64,000 nt of DNA from Candidatus Omnitrophota bacterium (GCA_016201795.1 JACQCF010000010.1:79095-143094), one strand, 5' to 3'; counted from the first letter of the stretch, positions 35,801 to 50,800 are shown. The notes: generated by a model from the letters alone, not told the origin. Translations and numbers: made by a program.

Positions 35801-38800
35801 AAAATCCTTTAGGACCGACCTCTACAGGGCCGACTTTGCCGCAGCCAGCACCTCTGAATCCAACCCCGCCAACACCTGGAGGCTCTGGTAGCAGCGGTAT
35901 TGCACCTCCGCCGATCATTGCGCCAGCACCGCCATCAGCAGCGCCTTTTATAATCAAGCCATCGTTGTCTTTGGCTAGGGCTACAGATATAGCTTTAAGT
36001 TCTGAATCAGGTCGTAAATCGACCGGCGCTGCAAGGCGCACCTATTCTCCCGGTATTACTTTATCTGTACTAGCATTCCTCATGCTAGCATACAGAGTGA
36101 TATTCAAGAGGAACAAGAGTACCATATGGGCGATTACTAATCGCCCGTACAAAGAAGTTTCCGATGCGTTTGTAAGCGAAAGCATTGCAGCGCAGACGGA
36201 TGCAGCAAATGAAGGTGAAGAAACTGTAAGTGCAATAAAACGCAGCAACAGTGGCTTAGCGCAAGCTACGCCCGCTGGAAATACGGAAAGTAGTATACGT
36301 TCTCGCGACATTAATGGGGTCCCGAGCTTGTCAAGGGATACCAGCAATGACGCGGTTATAGGCAGTATCCATAACATTGACATTGGCGCGTCTAACCAAG
36401 CCAACGGGGTCTCCAGAGTACCGGGGATCGAATCCGTGGGCAAAGGTATAAGCGGTCCCGCCTTTGGCGGGATTGGCGACGTAGGCGCTAACAATATAAG
36501 TATAAGTGTAAGTTCTGTGCCCAAGGCCCAAGGTGTGGAAAGTGTACCTGAAATAAGCCGGGGCATTAATAATAGATTTACCCAAGGTTCAACAGGTGCG
36601 TCCGCCACCGCTTTAACTGCAGCGGGGCAAGCAGATAGTCCCGTAGAACGGGATAAATCGAAGGCGCAGAAAGTATTTGTACCCACGGCTGAATTGGAGG
36701 TCGTCAAGACCAAGAATATCGGCGGTGGAATTCGTCTGTTCGCCCGTAATTTAAATTCCACAAAAACCCATGATTCAAGCGCAACCCTAAGCGCCGCTAA
36801 CGTTAGCGGTTCCCAAGCCGCTAACGTCAGCAAAATTTTCCGCATTTCGGCAGTTTTAACCCAATTTATTAACTTTGTGCAGAACAAAACAGGAGGTGCA
36901 CCATGGTCAGCAAAACGCTTCACATTCAGCATTTTGTCAGCATCCCTCGTCTCAATTCTCAAATCGCTACCGCTCGTGACCACCGCAACAAAACGCATAT
37001 CTTCCTTATTGAAGAAAGCGGGCAGGAGGTCTACAAACGCAACGGCCTCAACCAAAGCTGGGTTCGGCTTGAGCAGCAAGACCGTTATCGGCTTATTGAC
37101 CTTCTTAATCACCCCGACACTGTGGGCCGCCCCCGCTACAGCACCGACAATCTCAGCGGCCTCAACTAACTGGCTTGGATTGGCGGGAATAGGAGTTATC
37201 GTCATTGCCTTGGCTCTATTGACGATTGCCCATCTGACAACCAAGAAACATGTCCATGGTAATATCGTGGACATCGTGGACGTTGAGCTTAAAACAGTTG
37301 CTCGATCGATTATCCGATCGATTGTTCAATTTGTTGCTGAACTCATCAAGTCAAAATCAATTTTTGAGGCAATGCGCACAAGGTTCGTTAAAACTATAGT
37401 CTTCGGGGGAGTTGTCTTTACTGTGTTTGTTGCCCCCGCCTATGCGCAAGTAGTTAAGTTCAACGCTTCACCCCAAAGTATTACAATGCAAGTTACCGCC
37501 CTGCCCCGAGCAGGTTTTGTGGATGCCACCCCCGCCTTAAACATCGGCGGGGCAGGCCTGCCCCTCAACCCCGCTGGGGGCGTGTCCCCAGCGGCTGTTA
37601 TGCCGGCAACTATGACCCATGTGCCGGGGAACTATTCCATTGAAGAATTGACCGGTCAAATCAATGAAAGTCTCAAGGATTCTCATGATGTGATTACCCA
37701 GGGAAGAGAAATTATAACCAAGAAATGGGCAACGATGGACTCTACAGAGAAGACCAGATATGTAGAGTCGTTGAAAAATTCAGGCTTGCCAGAAGAAGAA
37801 AAACAGGCGGTATTAGGTGAGCTGGCAGGGCTTGAGAAAGCCTCAGCGACCAACGCCCATAATGACTTAGTTAAAACTGCGGAAGCTAAGCATGCTCAGA
37901 ATATCGAAAAGCCGAAAGAAACCACGCCGACACCGGCCAAAGTAGTTCCAGCAACAAATAATGTGGATGCTACTCCGCCCCAAGAAGATACCTATCACGG
38001 CTTAGCACCAAGCCGTGTGAAACAATTGTTAGATGAACAAAAGACCCGCGTTCAAGCACTGCTGGCTAAGTCCAAAACAGCGGTCACCAATGAGCTTGCC
38101 ATTTATCAGCTGGATGCTCTTACCCAGCTGACAAAATATGAACGCATCATCGTGCGCGCGGCCGATGAGAATGTGAGGAACTATTTCAGCGTTATGGAAT
38201 ATGGCGTTCTACCACCAAGAATCAATGGAGGTCTGAAGAATTCATCAGCGGAGTTTGTTATCTATGATACCGCCAGAGGCTCTTATGTAGTGGTTAGCGA
38301 AGAGAAGTATACCAGGGTCAACAGCGATGAGTTGGTCCAAGTGGCCCATTTGGCTGACCAGTCAGAGATTGCTGTCATCATGAAGGATAATCCCGCAGAT
38401 GTTTATAAGTACATGACTGCCGAGCAGGTGATCAAAGTCTTAGACGAGGCCCATCAACATGGCGTGCGTAACCCGGCTATATTCTTGGCTCATCCGCAAG
38501 TGCCTTCTAACAAAAATTTTGCCAGTACGACAAAAAACCTCAAATACCGCGCCTTAGAAGCACTCTACGGTGCTGTTCCGGGCAAATACCGTATTTATTG
38601 GGGTTCAGATGTACAGACCCATCAGTTTGACCACAACGGCACGTATGATATCGCCAGCCACGTGGCCCACGGCATGATCAAGAAAGATTTCGATGCTAAA
38701 GCTGAACTGAAACGCATCATGCAAGGGGCGGATAAAGATGAAGATGAAAACCTGGAAAAAGAACGGACCAAGACCCAGGATTACTTAAAAAAGACATTAG

Positions 38801-41800
38801 ACAAGAAAGAAGATGGCCGTAGGTTTATTGCCGATCAAATCGCCTTGCAGACCTTGCTACAAGATCATCAGAATGAAGTGGATAATGCCATAGTTGACTT
38901 CATCTTAAGAAAACAGGATTACACACCGCCTTCCTTCCAGGGCGCTATTGAGCAGATGCTCAAAGAGCACCGGACAGCCTTTAGGTCTAAACAAGAGGAT
39001 CCGTTCTTTGGTGTGGGGCTGCAATTTAGCAAGGGCACGCCAGCCAACTTAGCCTTGGGCCGTTTTGGTCATTTAGGTTTACCGATAGGCGGTGACCTTG
39101 GCCTTAACTTCGCTGTTCCTCATGAAGGCGGTATACTCGCGGAGATGGGTCAAACCGGCTTTGGCTTAGCGCAGAATGCAGGAAAGTTGAATCTGGCTTT
39201 GGATGCCGGAATCTTCGCCAATGACAGCTTGAAATTACTCAATACCATGAAAATGCGCAATGCTGACGGCGGTATATACTTGCGCAAAGATTCTCTTGGC
39301 GCTCGCATAGAACATACGTTAGGGTTTAATACCACCAGATTCCTCAATAATAGTAAATATGATACCGAAGAAAATGAGGAACACTTCAAGCTTCGTAATT
39401 TAACCACGCTGGGTCCTGTGGATTCCATGGAAGCAGCTCCTGTCAGACTCTTCCAGCAAATTCCTTGGTTAGGGCATACCTGGGTAGCCAACCTTTTTGG
39501 CAAGACTAATAGTGTGATGCCGTTTGAAACCACCTATCCGGCGGTGCCTGAATTTGGCAGCAAGCCAATTTCATTTAATCGCGCTTCGCTGCTTAATACC
39601 AACAGCATGAATAATTCGTATCTATTATTTGAGACCGAACGCGGCAGCATCGCCCCGTCCTTAACTTATGACAGCAACAAACGTCCTTTGCGCAGCGAAG
39701 AAATGCAATCCTATTATGTCTATGACTTAGCCGCTGGTAAGAAGTATTTGGTTGAACGCAGCCCGATGTTCTATACCTCCAAGCTTGGCGCTGAAGCGGA
39801 TATCAAGGCCTTTACTGAAGATCCTAAACATCCAGAGAATAGATTGTTATGGCAAGATATCGGCGAACGCCATATTCAAAACTCTATTGTGAACGGCTCC
39901 CTGGAAGAAGAGATAGCCCTGAAGCTCAGTGCCAACGACGGCGAGTATGGCCCGATTTTGGGTGCCAGCCGCAACCCGATTAATTTTGAAATCATTGAAT
40001 TGAACAACAGCATCATACCGTTTACCACCAAGCAGCGTATTGCTGATCCTCGTAATCCAGACCGTACTGTGCTAGTGGATGTGGTGAGCGTTCCTAATGA
40101 CCAGTTCCTTGGCTCCATGGGCAGCTCCACCAACCGCGAGTTCTTGCCGATTTATGAGAGTTCACCAGCCGGAAGCGCCCAGTTCTTGGGACTTCATCAT
40201 AAGTATCCTGATGGCACAACACCCGTGATCTGGACATCGCAAGAATTTGGATCTGTCGCTTCCATTGAAAATATGACTAATGCGCCAGCGGTAACACAAG
40301 CGTTGACCAACCGCGTGTGGGTGTCTTTACTCAGAGAAAGCCGCTCAACCAATAATGTTGTTCTCTACAACCATCGCGATTTGAACATTGCCAAACATAA
40401 GGATGAAGTAGAATTTGCTCTGAGCAGCCTCAAGCCGGAAGTTCGCAAAGACATCAACATGGTCTTGGCTGATTACAGCGCCCAGTTAAAAGACAGCGTT
40501 ATCATTCGCAACTATAAGGGTAAATTCAACATTCTCTTATTAAGCCAGAACTTCCTCAGAGATATGGCCGAGAGCATGAAGAATGAACAACCAGCTCAGA
40601 TTAAAGATATTAAAGAAGGCAGTGTGTCTGAAGATATCTTAAAGAGAGCGGCCATGGCCAGAATTGAGATGAGAAACACTGTGATCATAGACGGTAACCG
40701 TATTGGTATTGTGCCGCCTATGCCTAAAGACAAACCGCTCTTGGCTCGCAGCAGCCCTGAGTATCGCGTGAGCTATGTTTCTGATAAACAGGAAGCCCAG
40801 AAGATTATGATTGCCGTCAAACCGGTGAGCAAAGAACCGTTTATTCGTACCTTCAAAGTCAATGGTCGTGAGTTTGGTAAATTCGAACTTAAAGCTTACC
40901 CAGGTGATCCGGCTGTGCCGCTGGTTTACTTTGATTCCAATCGTCCGGCGGATCAGTGGGAACAAATCACCGTCGGCGCTAATTATGAAGATCCGTTGGC
41001 TAAAGTCAACCAAGCCAAGGGCTGGGGCGCGCTGATCAATGCCAAGACCGGCGAACAAACGATCGCCACCAACAATCCAGCTGTTACCCAGGTCATGGCC
41101 ATGGTGGATCAGAAGGCCAAAGAGTTACAACAGAAGAACGTCACCGAAGACAAACTGGTGATTGGATTATTGCGTACCGTGGGTGAGGCCATCAACACCT
41201 ACCATATCACTGACACCAATGTGATCAATCAGGTTAAAACGAATCTAATCAAAAGGTTTAGCCATAAAACAGATCAGGTCAGCAAGGCCGAAGTAGATTA
41301 CATCAAAGATTTAGCCAATGCCGAAGGTACTCAAGCTAAGCTGGATGCTTTAAAGAGTCAGTTAGAGGGCATTGACAATCAACAGAACAAAGCCATACAT
41401 GAAACGTTCTCAGCCATTATGGATCTTGGCGTGGAAATGGGTGATCAGCATCACATTGTAAATCGTGTTAAAGAAATTTCCATGATGGTCACCACCAACG
41501 CGCCGGATGTCTTCACTAATAGCATGAACCAGGTGGTCACCAATTATTTTGATGTAGGCGCACGGGCTTACTACAATCAGTTTAGAAACGATGCGCATAA
41601 GGATTTGAAAGCAGCAGCCAATAGGGTCCTCAATGATTTCGCCAATAGCGCCGCGCATCAGAGTTTTATCAGTCCTTTGGATATGAATACATTGAATAAT
41701 TCCATATCCAGCAATTTAGTGACCATTGCCCAGTACCGCAACTGGCGCACTGTATTCCCAGCCACCAACACCACCGCTCAAATCATCGGTGTGGTGCCGG

Positions 41801-44800
41801 ACGACTTAAGTGGAGCTCGTGATCAAATTTCCACCAATCAATTCAATTTGAACATTGTCCTTGCCAACCAGAGAGCATGGAATGACAGCAACCATACGGA
41901 TACGAACGCGGTGGCGAACTTATTCCAAGAACTGGGTGGACCTAAGGGCATTGAAGCTGGACTCTATTATCACTTAACCGATGACGGCAAACATGATCAA
42001 AATCCTAACTTCCCTGTTATGGGCTATCAATACCGCTTATTGGTCAACAAAGAAGCCTTAAATACCTTGCTTAAACAATATGCCTACTTAGGTGAGAGCG
42101 ATGAATTCATACAAAATCTTAAGGAACTTAACAGTATTAATGAAGCGGAAATTGCCCTAGAGCCGACTGTGTTAAGTGATTTATACAGCGACGAATTAGC
42201 CTGGCAAATGCTCCACAATCACCCTGTGGTTTCTGAATTGCCTGATGAGGTCTTTGCCCGTAAGATTCCGCTGCTGCAAAGCGAATTAAGCATTGCTCAA
42301 CGCAAAGCAGGCATTTTACAGAGAATATTTGCCTCCAACGAGAGATTTACCAACTTGACCAACCAGGTGCCAGTGCATCCGACAGACGATACAATCACCC
42401 CAGAACAGCGTGCCCATGGAGTCATGAGCGTTGAGGATGTGCGCAAAGCCGTGGCTGTTGACAGGGTCAAGATTCAAGTGAAGGTCGCTTACTTCCAGCA
42501 GGTCATTTCTAATATGAAAAAGCAAGGCCGCTTGAGCGCCAAAGACGAAGCTCTGCTTAATCAGTTGATTAACATTGTGCAGACAGAGGAAAACAGGAAT
42601 TTGGATGCGGTGCTCGCCGATGTTGACAAAGATGAGACCTATGTCAGATCTCATGGCACCAGCGAAGACATTAACCAGGTCTTCCAGCGCAAGGCGGATT
42701 TATTGGATCAATTGACCAAGACCATGATTAAGGAAAGAGATATCTTGGTTATCTTAAATGTGGATTTACCTGAAGCCTTCCGTACACCAAAAGATTTAAA
42801 AGATCAGCAAAAGGTTGTTAAGGCCTTCCGCCAGGCCGTGGATTCTTTCTTAAATAGACAGGGCATTGCCAGTCCTAAGCGCGGTTTATTATCAGGCATG
42901 GACAACTTCCAACAAGGACAGTACAGCCGCATTGATTATGACAAGAAGAAAGCTGACCTCGAAGCTGAATTAAAAACCAACTTGCAGACATTGAAATTAA
43001 GCGCTACCAACTTACAGGCAACCGTCAGAAGCAAATACGAAGCCTTAGAGAAAGTGGAAGCGGCCATTGGCACTTATGTTTCCGATAAGGACCAGAAAGC
43101 TCGCCTTCATCAAGAGTTTGCCAAATACCGCAGCGAATCCAAAGAGCCAACCTTCCTTTATATTGGCAACGGCACTATGTTGACTCCTGATGGCAGAGAG
43201 AATGTGTTTGTCAATCCAAGCAGTTCCATGAGACAGCAAGTGGATGTGATGTTCAAACGCTTAGCTACTAGCGGAAACGTGGTAGGTAATTACCTGTTTG
43301 ATATCAATAGAATATTTGGCTTAGAAAACATCAGCCTGCACTTAGGCACCATTGAAACCGAAGGCGGATTGAGCGATCGCGTGTTTGTCATCAGAGGCCA
43401 TACTTCCTTCAAGAAAGCTCAGGCCGTTAATGATTGGGCTTTAGGTCATATCAGCCAGTATCAATTTGACGAAGTTTTAAGCGGCACGGATGCTCCGGGC
43501 TTTAACGATCAGCGTGATTATGTGATTGTCATGGATTCTTTTGCCAAGAAAGGTGAGATTGCCGGCAAGCCGTATCAGGCGTCCATCATGGGTGTTGGTA
43601 TGACCGAGGTCAATCATGAAGGACGTAACTCAGAACACTCCTCAAGCTATCTGGGTGCCTTAAGAGGCAACTTCAATGTGAATTTGTCAACCAACACAAC
43701 CCTTAAAGTCGAAGCAGGCGTGGTGCATGCCGAAGATACCCAGTTGTGGAGATTCCAGTTTACCGATATCTTTTCAGGCCAGGTGCTGCAAGATTTCAGA
43801 GTACCGTCTAAGGTCAACAGCGACTTTGCCTATGGCCGTCAGGGCATTGAACATAAAGTCTTAAACGGCAAGCTGACCTTGAAACTTTACATGAATGAAG
43901 AAATTGACAGCAACAGCTTAACCGGCACCAAGACATATGTGTCCCCATCCGTTGGCGCTGGCTTTAAGGTGCTTAAGTTCCAGGTGGATACAGAAGCAGC
44001 CATAAACCGTGCTGCTTTAAATGTCAGCCGCAGCTTCACTAATGGCAGCACCTGGGGTTACCATGCAGCAGTGATGGATGGTAAGTATAGTTTAGGCGGT
44101 GCGTATAGCTTTAAAGCAGGCAAAAACGATATCACCACCCGCACTCAAACAGACCCAACCGGCCAGAGCTTAGGGTTAAGCGTCAGCCGCAGACTCAGTG
44201 ATCATTTTGGTATGGAGGTGGGGGGCAACGGCAAGCAAGGCGGGTTTGGTGGAACGATAATGGGCAAACTATTCGTCGGCAAGAACAAGAATAAGAAAGA
44301 CATTGCGCCGATTGGCGAGAAAGAGCTGTTACGTCCTGAAGCCGCCTTTACCCAAAGCTATGAAGCTTTGTCCAAGGTCTGGAGAGAAGTTCCTCTGGAT
44401 AGCCGCGATTTGAAAGTGTTGCCCGTGCATGTTTACAAAAAGATCATGGAACTCTCTGCCGGCAACAGCATGCCGGAAGATGCCCGGTTTTTAAAAATTT
44501 ATATTACCGCCGATGGCGACATATTTATCCCGGCGCTGCGCTGGTACGAACACGCCCAGGAATTGCTGGATCAACCCACGGCTATTCTCTTAGATGGTCA
44601 GGGCACCATGGCTGTTGACAGGGCTAGAATTGATGAAGCCATTGACCCACGCAACCTCTGGGTACAGCCGTTTAAGTATGTTGAAGAACAAGACTTGGCT
44701 GCGGACCATATCTTTACCAAGGACGGCGAGAACTATTACACCACCATCAACGGCCATCCGTTCTGGCTGGGTAACAGAGAAACCATGGTGATCCTCTCAA

Positions 44801-47800
44801 AGAATATCTCCAAAGTGTTGCCTGGCGTGACCAGCAAGTTACCGGCGGTGCTTAATCCAAATGTACAGATGATTCAGGAAAGTCTTGGGGTAGGCCGCAT
44901 CCAGATAGATTCATTGACCAATGTGCCGGCAGCTCTTAAAGACACTGTAGATATCAGCCGTGGTGTTGCAATGTTAACCCAAGAACAGCTCAACAGCATT
45001 GCGCATGATGCCGATGGGGTATATAGCCTTCAGGACATCCTTTCTGATAAGCTCAAACGCGACGTGGTTTATGACAAAAACCATCATGAAATCGGCACGA
45101 TGATTTTAGGTATTGAGGGCAAGATTCTATTGGATCGTTTGATGAAAACAGAATGGCAGGTCCTTGAAGAAAATGATGAAGGCAAGGTCACGAAAGCTTA
45201 TTTGCGTACGTTTGAGCAAATTCTCGCCTTACGCGATGATCTTTTAAATAATAAGCATATCAAGAGCGTCAGCCGTTTGATGAGACCAGGCAAGCATGAA
45301 CTCAAACAAGTCATTTGGCTGGTGCCGATGACTATTGATATCCCTCGATTAGACGACAGTGGTGTCAGCGAGGAATATGAGATCATGCCGCAGGCCGACA
45401 TTTTTGCGAATCTCTTTAGACGTATTTTTGAACCCATTGAAAAATTCGCTATGCTACGAGGCTATGTACCTACAGCCCGGGATTTGGGCGTTAAGCTTGG
45501 TGATTATCCGATAGCCAGATTGTATGAGACCAAAGCGCTCGTCAACGGCCAAAAACAAAGCTTGGTGCGGAAGGATGACTTAAGACCTGATGGCACGGTG
45601 TACCGTAGCGGCAAGTTTACCTACGTCGAGGATAACAAGGTTAAAGATGAAAGAACTCATGCTAAAACAATTAAGCTTATCAGTAGCACGATTATGTTTG
45701 AAAACGGCATCAAGGCCATCAATAGTTATAGTGATGATACATTAACCATTGTTGACAAGAAATTCCTTTCAGGCGTACCTGACATGCCATCTCAGAGCCG
45801 TTGGGTTACTGCGCGTGATGAACGTATTCTGGAGAAAAAGCTGGATGAGAAAGAAACGCGTACGCAAAAAGGCTTAAGGGAACATATATGCAACCTTATT
45901 CAACCGGTACAGCTGGCAGACACTAATATAGTAAATCAGGTTAATGACGCCATCCGTGATGCCCAATCTGATGCGTTTTTATTTAACATAGCGACGGCAT
46001 ACCAGACACAAGTATTTGACCACCGTAATCAACAGTCATTGTCTCAAAGGGTGGAGTACTATGATGCCATGGGCCATCTGGTTGTCCAAACAGAGGGTGA
46101 CTGGACGGTTATTAACAGTTACCAAAAAGATCAGATCAAGTCCACGTACGAGTTCTTTAAAAATGAATTTGTTTGGGAGAAGAAATTAAACACATCCGGC
46201 AATAAAAGTTTTTCCAGTGTCGTTGATGCATTATTGAGCAAGGCAAACGATGAAGCGATTAAAGAGTTTAACGAAAAATCAGGATACGTCTACAATAAAA
46301 AATCCGGTGTTGTCGCTCAAGAAGACACGAGCGGCGCACGGGTCAAGGATACGACTCAACTGAGATTATATGATGTTACTAATGCACTGGGTGGCCAGTA
46401 TAGAGAATATCAAAGAATAGGCGATACCTTAGGAAGGGCCTTTGTCAGAGAAGTTGATATGCTTAAACCAGGTACGAATGCTGCAGAGGGTACTCATACA
46501 ACATTCTTTAGTTTCAATAATAATGTTGTCACACGTTCCTACACAGTGAATAAGGCTGGTGAACGATTGGAAAATGAAGCCCTTCGCACCACAAAAGAGG
46601 GTAGCGCGGAAAATGATGCCAAGAACTATCTATATAACTATACAAACTTCAGAGGTGTTGAAGGCATCAGAGCTAAATTTTTATCTGACCCGACAGGCGT
46701 GCCGGTCTGGGATCAAATAGCTAACAAGAGAACATACAATAAATTTGGGAAGAGTATTTATAGATTGAGAAACGAACGCATTGAATATGACATTATGCCG
46801 GATGGTTCAAGAAAAGCAGAATTCCTTCCGATATTCGCCCACACAGATTATGCCTTCTTTAAGATTAACTTAGGTCAATACTTTGGGGAGTTTGCTTCTA
46901 AACGTCAGCCAATGAGTGTCAAGACCTTTGATGCCGCGGCTAATCATGTTGACAGGATAGAGTTCCTTGTCAAAGGACGGGACGGTGGGGAGAAATTCAG
47001 AGTATTCTTGAATGATCATTTAGGTGTCATTAATGAAAAAGAAATACAGGCGATTTACAATAAAGACACAACAGGCCCGACTGTATTAACGGCCGCTAAG
47101 AATTGGCAACCCGTTATCCTTAACCTTTCTAACTTTAAAAATAATCTGTTGAATGCCAATAGAGAACTTGACCTGAAACAACTGGCTCAAATTGGCGTAT
47201 CTTATGGTAACGACGAAGGCAATAAAGAAGGCGCTGAAATCTATATAACAGAATTGCAGTTTGTTAAGAAAGATGGTTCTAAGATCCCGGTCGGTTTAAT
47301 TGCCGGTGTCATTAACGCGACAGGCAATGTCCCAACCTTTAAGTTTAGAAAGCCGATGGGAGCCAATCCAAATTCTGATACCGACTTCTTTACCAATGAA
47401 GTTTACTTCACCGAATCAATGCCTTGGTATATCCGCTCAGGGATAACAGTTACGGTTAATAAGAAGGATCCATTAGATGACCGAGAAATTGGTACGCCTC
47501 AACCTGGCAATGTCGTTGGCATCAGCGATACCGAATTATCACCGGATAACCTGTTGGTTTCCCGCGACTTCTCCATCTTACCCGGTTCAACGGGATTCAA
47601 GGTCGTAAGGCCGCAAGGACAGGTTTATTTCAATGGATACTTTGAATCACAAGACAAATATAACGGCGGCGAACGTTTCAATGACTTAAACGTCTGGCTC
47701 GATTTCGTTATCGCTGATGATAAGGGCATGCCGCGATTCTCGATCAATAGCAAAACAGACGAGCTGCAATCTGTTTATCGTTATAAGGTCACGACCGATC

Positions 47801-50800
47801 ACGATCTTCTGATCGCCAAATATGACATTAAGCAACAGGCCATGGTTGTCAAGAAATACGGCAAGAGCCAAGATGGTATCGTCCGCTGGGAAATGAAAGG
47901 ATTCTTTGACCATACTCTTCCGATGAGCAGTCGCAAGCTTGTGGACAGTTTTGGTACCTATGTCTACGACGCAGTGGGTAAGAATTATGATGATGATCAC
48001 ATCCTCTTCCCATGGACTTGGGAACGGTCCAATGAAAGGCACGGCCGATTCTACAGAATGTTATTCGGGTCAGCCGATGCGCCAAAGGAAGATGTTCAAA
48101 AAATGATCACGGATGATGATCCAGATTTCGTTAAATGGGCTGCGGCTATCGAGCAAGCCAAAACGCAAATTGACTCCATGCCAAAATTAAGAATATCATC
48201 GGTTCAGAATGGCTCAGCCCCGGATGAATATACATACGGACCGGACAGGGCTATTTATTCGTATAGTAATACATTTTTCTGGTGGGCATTAGGTGCCTTT
48301 GTAGCATTCCTTATTTCGACATTAGTATTAGTTTATAAACAATTGCGTCTTCGTAGAAACAAGATACAAGGATTAAATGCTGAAAGTAAAAATCCAGCTC
48401 TTCCAGCAGTGCGCTATACAGAAGCTCAAGTGAAGGCAGCGGTCCGCAGTATATACGAAGATGTTCAGGCGCTTGATTTAGGGCACCTTACTGATCCTGA
48501 CTTTGTCGATACAATTGTTAATCAAATGAAAGCCCACAAGCAGATCAAGACACCGGCCGGTTCTCCTGATGAGTTGGAAGCTATTGATGTTGATAAAGCG
48601 GTAATTTTGGTCAAAGATCCCAAGGCAGCATCAGGCGTCCGTGAAGTTAAATTTAAGCTCTTTGTCTGGCAAGTCATATTTGGGAAAAATCAGCTTAAGG
48701 AACTTGCTTCCAATTCAGCCTTTATGGCTCGATTGGTGAAAGACGCGGAAGATATCTTTGAAAATCGGGTGGATGTGGTCAAATCGAATGATGAGGAACC
48801 GCAAAAGGTGAAACGCAACAAAGAAGTTATGCTGGTGGTCAAGGCCTATAATTCTCTTTGGAGATTAGTCCTCGGTCACCAATTCTCATTAATCCACATG
48901 AACTTATTAAAACGACGGTTTTCCATCAAGGTCGAAGACGTCAACTTCTTATATGAACACTTTGATGAGCTTGTTCTCGGTAAAGATCCACAAAACGAGT
49001 ATATGGATCCTGAAGAAGCCAAGCGCCTTAATCCAAACAGAATTCTTGAAACGGTTGATTATCTTAAATCCAACCAACAAGCATTAGAGCGGTTTACTCA
49101 CAATATTTTAAAAGCTATTCAGAAAAAGAGAAATCAACTGTACCCCGGGCCTGTCAAGAAGACGATTTTAATGGCTCTTATTCCTCTTAAGTTAATTTGG
49201 GATTTAGGGAAAGGCATTTGGAATAAAAATTACAAAAACGCCACCGGCGCATCATTCTGGCTGACGATCATCAGCGGATTAGGCGTTTATGCCGCTCTGA
49301 CAGCCAAGATTTGGATTGCCGAAGTATTACCGCATTTTGTCTATATTGCGCGCGTTTTAGCTTCCGGCGCCGGATTCGACGCTACCTTCGCCTTTTCACC
49401 ATTGGTCGTTGGACTAAAAATACTTATCTTGCTGTCGGCCGGATTGGTGATCATGTGGGTTGTCGGTTCGTTCGTTGCCTGGGTGTCAGGCCGTATCGAT
49501 AGGGCCTTCCCGATCAAAACAATGAACGACATCGTGACGGAAATGCCCGGCGCATTAGATAAGCTGTTAAAAGATAATCTAGAACGACAAAAAGATGTTA
49601 TTGACGATTGGAACGCGATGATTGAAGATGCCCGGCGCGAGTATAGAATTTCTTCAGAGTTAGCTGTAGGATTAAGCTTCCCAGGTAAAGATAGTAGAGT
49701 AACATTTGAACATATCTTTGGAAACATTACGGTTAAAGATTTACAAGCAATCGAAAAGGCCCTCAGGCGCGAAATCAAGAGCTTTGCCAATAATCTCTTG
49801 CGTAAAACCAAAATGCCTGAAATCGCACCAATCTATGAACATTTAAAGAGCTTGTGGGTACGCTTGGTCTGGAGAGGCGACTCATTCTTCACCTCTTGGT
49901 CAGAATTAATTACGAAGAAAAATTGGAACGGATTATCGCTTATCGGGCAGGTCAGAAAAGGGTATAACATCGCATGGCAAATTTTTGTCAACGAGATGGC
50001 AATAAATCCAAAGTTCAATGCTTTAGTTAAAAAAGAGGTGAAGTGCTTAGCCAATGAAGACATTGAAGATGTTATGGAAAGAATCAAAAAGATCTCGTAT
50101 GACGATTATCAATATATCGTCTCAGAAATTGAACTATTCGCTAATGAAAGATTGCAAACTGTTTGGAAGACCATGCGCAATACTCTTCGTATCCGACGGG
50201 CTTATCGCAGACAGTTAGTCAAAGCCATCCAAGAAAAGCAAGAGTATGTTGAACATAAATTAGGAAAGATGTTTGCTCGCATGACACCTGATGTATTAGG
50301 GGCTTATGTTCAATATAAGGATGCGCTAGAGACCGAGTTAAAGCCGACCGCCCAATCAGCTGAGCAGTTCCGGTCAGGCTTGACAGCGGAGCAATTGGCC
50401 TTTGAGCGAGAAAACGCGGATATCATTAAGGCCTTGGATAGCTTAGTGAATGAGAAGTTCCAGCCGATCCTAGCCGTTGCCGCGAGCAAGAGCAAGGTGC
50501 AAGGCTCTGAAGATAGTCAAAATGCTCTGGAATATGCCAAACGCTTAAAGTGGGATGCAGTATTTGTTCAAGAGAATTCCTTGGCCGAAGAAGGCGTGGG
50601 AAGCTATAAAGGGTTCTTCTTGGGGCAATTGCTTTATCATGCCAAGGGAGAAGTGGTCCTCTTTATAGACGCTGATACGGAAATCACTTACTCCAATGCC
50701 AGGAAGATGCTTAATGCTCTCACAGAGTTTAATGATGAGAAGCTGGGTATCTTAAACTTCAAACAATATATTTACAACAGAGATTATAACTTGGCCACCT

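Noticed and set aside
36600-36720. Possible c-di-GMP riboswitch-like sequence
   Set aside because: It has hairpins, but I could not match the GEMM consensus by eye; an Infernal/Rfam scan is needed.
36042-37274. 410-aa antisense ORF
   Set aside because: Low-complexity shadow of the giant frame, with no recognisable motif or clear RBS.
38160-38700. Second JAB-like domain (IFLAHPQVPS)
   Set aside because: Lacks the HxH and SxxD metal ligands; similarity is too weak.
45900-46800. RHS/YD repeat region
   Set aside because: Only isolated YD-like strands (e.g. VEYYDAMGHL); no regular repeat or RHS core signature.
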